A stretch of 39,518 nucleotides of DNA from a virus (Duplodnaviria > Caudoviricetes), in IMG/VR virus record IMGVR_UViG_3300032212_000060, positions 1-39,518 of that record; one strand, 5' to 3'. The translations under genes and the position numbers were made by a program. The notes beneath the pieces were generated by a model, which worked only from the letters and a program-made list of their open reading frames with translations, was not told the DNA's origin and searched no databases. Positions 36,282 through 39,518 of the stretch are shown here, one piece after another (position 1 is the stretch's first letter; every line of letters begins with the position of its first letter).

Positions 36282-36315
36282 AAAAAAAGCCAGTCGGCAT
36301 AACCCGTTACTGGCT
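36282..36315 (-). terminator. Rho-independent terminator after the sigma gene
   Basis: AGCCAGT...ACTGGCT stem followed by a T run on the - strand. Confidence 0.8.
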
Positions 36316-36319
36316 CGTA

Positions 36320-36808
36320 TCAAATAAGTTGATTCTTAATGTGATCTTTAGCACGCTTGACTCTGGACTTAACAGTACCAATCGGAATAGAAAGTTGATC
36401 AGCAATCTGTTGGTATGTAAGTTCATCTACTTCTTTGAGGATGTACACTGAAAGAAAGTTATCATCCAGTTCCTCAATTGTTTTATTAAATTGTTTTGTT
36501 TGTTCATCAGCAATGAGTATTGCTTCGGGGGAGGCGAGGTCTTCAGTAGCATCACTGTCGTATATCTCTGGCTTGTATACTACGTGATCCTTGAGGGCTT
36601 TGAAGTAGTTCTTCAGGGTGTTGAATGCTATGGTGTAGATCCAAGTTGATAGCTGATACTTATCGTCGTATGTACCTAGATTTGACCATACCTTAAGCAT
36701 AGTCTCTTGTACCAAGTCGTCAATGTAGTCTTTATCTTTGACTTGTTTCTTAAACATTACTTTAAGTCTAGGACTATAAGTATTATAAATATTATTATAA
36801 TCTAACAT
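36320..36808 (-). CDS. ECF (RpoE-like) RNA polymerase sigma factor
   Basis: Region 2 DDLVQET.LKVW..L..Y.....LSTWIY.IA.N; region 4 L.EVDELTYQQIA..L.IPIGTVKSR..RAK. Confidence 0.93.
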   Translation of the reverse strand: MLDYNNIYNTYSPRLKVMFKKQVKDKDYIDDLVQETMLKVWSNLGTYDDKYQLSTWIYTIAFNTLKNYFKALKDHVVYKPEIYDSDATEDLASPEAILIADEQTKQFNKTIEELDDNFLSVYILKEVDELTYQQIADQLSIPIGTVKSRVKRAKDHIKNQLI

Positions 36809-36859
36809 ATCTATTAATCTCTATACAGTGAGTCCTAATAAGTCCGATGTCCATATAGG

Positions 36860-36888
36860 ACTATACAACTGAAAACAGAAAAAGTTCC
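36860..36888 (-). promoter_or_regulatory. Putative ECF-sigma promoter upstream of the sigma gene itself
   Basis: GGAACT-N13-GTTGTATAGT with upstream A/T tracts. Confidence 0.85.
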
Positions 36889-37023
36889 CCAAACTAAGAA
36901 AATACTTTACTTATTTTTCTCAGCTTGAGGATAAAAACTCTAGCATTAAGGAGGTGCTGAGATACTAACTAAGTACAGTTAGTATATGCGCACCCCCTCT
37001 TGTGACCTGTGTCTGAGCGGTAG

Positions 37024-37182
37024 TTATAGCAGCTCTATAATATCTTTAAGCTGATCTAACTCAGGTCGTATAATGCCAGTGTACACAAGTAAACTTTGGT
37101 TTATAGTACAAGCGATAGCATGTATCAACTCACTCGATATTGGGACAGTGAGCGGGTGTACTGTAAAGAGTCCAATGTGCAT
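37024..37182 (-). CDS. 52-aa hypothetical protein (not in the ORF track)
   Basis: GGAG RBS; MHIGLFTVHPLTVPISSELIHAIAC...DIIELL. Confidence 0.45.
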   Translation of the reverse strand: MHIGLFTVHPLTVPISSELIHAIACTINQSLLVYTGIIRPELDQLKDIIELL

Positions 37183-37185
37183 GGG

Positions 37186-37464
37186 TTACTCCATCTTAGT
37201 GAATCGCAGTGTTAGCATTTGAGATAGCCACAAGCCACCACAAAGGTAAGCTAAGTGAACAAACTCTGGAACCCAGTTAGTCCATAGACCAACCATAACA
37301 GATCCTGCTAATACTGTGGTGCCTGCATACAGCAGGCGTTTCTTTAAGCTGCCAGTTGGTGTACCGACAACAAGTGTTTGATTTGATTTGACTGGTGAAC
37401 CCCGTGCCTTGATAGCACGCTTAGTTACTTCAGCATTCTTAGGGTCTAGTCTTCGCATAAGCAT
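37186..37464 (-). CDS. Small membrane protein
   Basis: AAGGAG RBS, basic N-terminus, two hydrophobic segments. Confidence 0.7.
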   Translation of the reverse strand: MLMRRLDPKNAEVTKRAIKARGSPVKSNQTLVVGTPTGSLKKRLLYAGTTVLAGSVMVGLWTNWVPEFVHLAYLCGGLWLSQMLTLRFTKME

Positions 37465-37479
37465 CTCCTTAATAGTTAG

Positions 37480-37494
37480 GTTACATTGTGTAAC
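37480..37494. promoter_or_regulatory. 15-bp palindromic site (copy 3)
   Basis: GTTACATTGTGTAAC just upstream of an RBS. Confidence 0.75.
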
Positions 37495-37606
37495 TTGAGG
37501 TGCTCAGACAATCACATCAGACAGAGTTTAGTTATAGACCAGTGGCTCAACACACTGGCTTATTATTATAGCCGCTTACGCAGCTACAGGACAGTCGTAG
37601 TGGATG

Positions 37607-37870
37607 TTAGTGTACGGTAGTGGTGCTACCAACTCCTTCAACAGCAGTTAGTTTGCCTAAATGTTTAGGCGATACATAGCTAACGCCATGCTTACTTGCA
37701 ATGTCACTGAGTTCATTGTAGTAGCTCGTTGGCCACTCATCACGATCAGTGTAAGGTCTGTATTTCTCCCAAAGATCTTGGAAGGCTAGGATCAAGCCAA
37801 TGTCATTAGGATTAAAACATGCTTGACCATCGAACAACTCTTGTTGAGTAACAAGATCTGCCATATACAT
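37607..37870 (-). CDS. Hypothetical early protein
   Basis: AAGGA RBS, 87 aa. Confidence 0.7.
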   Translation of the reverse strand: MYMADLVTQQELFDGQACFNPNDIGLILAFQDLWEKYRPYTDRDEWPTSYYNELSDIASKHGVSYVSPKHLGKLTAVEGVGSTTTVH

Positions 37871-37973
37871 TTCCTTTTGTTTATTACTGGGTTTACTTAC
37901 TAAGGATCTTTAACCGTCCGACTGACGACCGATGCTGCACACACACGGTTAAGTGTATGAAAGGCAGACGGCC

Positions 37974-38240
37974 TTAGCCTATCCTGCTAATGTCCTTACC
38001 CCAGTACTCTGACATCTGCACTCCTGCCAAAGCTGTTACATATTGGAGCAGCAGTAGCTCCTTTAATTCACTTACTTCTAATGTATCTTCACCCGACACT
38101 GGCATAGTAGTGTCACCAGAGTTGCACTCCTCGATTGAAGATCCTACCGACCGATCCACATTAGACATAAGCATGATTGATAGAGGGAAGCAGGCAATGA
38201 ACAAAGCCACACACCATACTACCCATGTAGGTACAAACAT
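37974..38240 (-). CDS. Small membrane-anchored early protein
   Basis: AGGAGG RBS, hydrophobic N-terminus. Confidence 0.7.
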   Translation of the reverse strand: MFVPTWVVWCVALFIACFPLSIMLMSNVDRSVGSSIEECNSGDTTMPVSGEDTLEVSELKELLLLQYVTALAGVQMSEYWGKDISRIG

Positions 38241-38268
38241 TGAGTACCTCCTATTGCTTATCGTTTAA

Positions 38269-38283
38269 GTTACACTGTGTAAC
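38269..38283. promoter_or_regulatory. 15-bp palindromic site (copy 4)
   Basis: GTTACACTGTGTAAC upstream of an RBS. Confidence 0.8.
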
Positions 38284-38551
38284 CTTGCTAGGCTCGTCAT
38301 GTATGGACGAGAGTTGCACATACTACAGCAGTTTGTTTGGAACCTGTATCATTAACGTGTGTGGTTGCCATAATCACACTAACCTCTCTGAGCTTTCATA
38401 CTCAGTGGCTCCACCTAATAGGCTGACCAAGAGGGAACAGCTGCACACCAACACACCTGATGTACTAGGGTGTTGACTAAGATGTGTGTCTTATGCTGTC
38501 TATGCTACAAGAGCATAACACATAGCACCATGCTAGATGCTATGTAGTATG

Positions 38552-38785
38552 TCAAGTTGGCATGAATGGTATCGTGATAATCTGAACATCTAAGTACCAT
38601 GCTGTGAACAAAGAGACACACGCTGTAAGTGCAACGATGAATAGCACTACGGCTAACTTCCCTGCTGTGTGTATAAATTCATTCAACATGTACCATAAGC
38701 AAGCTAACATGTACGTTATGAAAGAGAAGAACTCTTTGGTACGTACCGCCAACTTGTGTACAGTTGGGTCATAATTTTCTGGCAT
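38552..38785 (-). CDS. Small membrane protein
   Basis: AGGAG RBS, two hydrophobic segments. Confidence 0.7.
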   Translation of the reverse strand: MPENYDPTVHKLAVRTKEFFSFITYMLACLWYMLNEFIHTAGKLAVVLFIVALTACVSLFTAWYLDVQIITIPFMPT

Positions 38786-38972
38786 AATTTTTTCTCCTAA
38801 TTTATATGAATGGTATCAGTTGACACCCAAGATAGCACCATATACACATCAGCTTACACGCTGACAACCTTAAGGTAAACAAGCCCTTTACGCATAGCGT
38901 TTGACTTGTATGCAGATGCTATCTAAGTTGGTAACTGCGGTGGATCTAACAAGTGCACTTGGCTAAAGTTAA

Positions 38973-38987
38973 GTTACACAATGTAAC
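38973..38987. promoter_or_regulatory. 15-bp palindromic site (copy 5)
   Basis: GTTACACAATGTAAC, intergenic. Confidence 0.75.
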
Positions 38988-39156
38988 TCACTACTGGAGT
39001 TGCGCCAGTCAAGGAGTACCTCGCCTTTAACGCACACTTGTTCCAGAAGTCGGTGTCCTTTCCAGCCCATTCGCCTATCAGGTTTCACACTGTAGACTAC
39101 TGTTGGGTTACGTGTACTTGCACACCACCGACTAACAGTTATGGCTCACCACTAAA

Positions 39157-39518
39157 CTAATGTATAGAAACCTGAGCATCAGACAGAACGCTTAGCAAAC
39201 TACGTGTCTTGGGTTTGCCTTGACCTTGCTTGTTGTTCTGTTGCTGCTTCTGGTTCTCCTTGTTCGAGGAAGATCCCTTCTTGTTGTTGCCACCACCATT
39301 GTTGAAGTTGTATCTCACACCTTCACGTTCTTCGAGTATAGAGTTATCTATATCGACATCGAAGTACGCCTCAGAGTTATCAAGTAAAAACAATTGCAAT
39401 GTCTCTAGCTCATCAGCCACGTTAGTAGAACCTACCACATACGAACGTGATAGCTCTAAGTATTTGGACAAAGCATTATCTCGATGCTCTTTGAGTAGTC
39501 GTACTTCTTCCGAGAGGT
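39157..39518 (-). CDS. Hypothetical protein, 5'-truncated by the window edge; N/Q/K/G-rich tail
   Basis: The frame stays open from the window end to TAG at 39157. Confidence 0.65.
   Translation of the reverse strand, partial: LSEEVRLLKEHRDNALSKYLELSRSYVVGSTNVADELETLQLFLLDNSEAYFDVDIDNSILEEREGVRYNFNNGGGNNKKGSSSNKENQKQQQNNKQGQGKPKTRSLLSVLSDAQVSIH

Noticed and set aside
27196-38476. + strand ORFs and nested alternative-frame ORFs in the replication/early arm (e.g. 33425-33613, 37990-38268, 38240-38476, 29722-29919)
   Set aside because: They oppose or overlap better-supported genes. The 33309-33625 gap is explained by two coupled - strand mini-ORFs.
29753-38987. Palindromes as CRISPR repeats or matS sites
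   Set aside because: The copies are 15 bp and hundreds to thousands of bases apart with no spacer periodicity. matS is a 13-mer with a 3-nt centre, whereas GTTAC and GTAAC here are 5 nt apart.
1-39518. Integrase, RNA polymerase, intron/intein, reverse transcriptase or reassigned genetic code
   Set aside because: No such motifs were seen. TerL, helicase and polymerase are of normal length, and genes tile well with standard stop codons.

Overview
This window is most of the genome of a lytic podovirus, with two convergent arms meeting at a bidirectional terminator near 26.3 kb. The gene content and order suggest a T7-supergroup relative of the Zobellviridae/VpV262-RIO-1 type; this is an inference, no database was searched. 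The + arm (402-26265) encodes a holin-like protein, a spanin pair, fibre/LamG-type proteins, TerS, a collagen tail fibre, TerL, portal, scaffold, major capsid, tail tubular proteins, a GNAT, internal virion proteins, a lysozyme-like protein and a membrane-anchored PAS protein. The - arm encodes small early genes, an ECF sigma factor, primase/helicase, a split family A DNA polymerase, an SSB-like protein, a 5'-3' exonuclease, DUF3310 and an endonuclease I-like protein. No RNA polymerase, integrase or CRISPR array is visible. Main observations: (1) a ~500 nt non-coding block (29245-29760) holds three sequence-unrelated RNAs with the same predicted double-pseudoknot topology plus an anticodon-less tRNA mimic; (2) a GGAACY-N13-GTTGTATA promoter motif probably read by the phage sigma; (3) five copies of a 15-bp palindrome GTTACAC-N-GTGTAAC; (4) a capsid-like peptide in a non-structural gene upstream of the RNA array; (5) a candidate -1 frameshift site in a secreted FN3-like gene. 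All protein calls come from motif recognition and gene order by eye, and all RNA structures were paired by hand.
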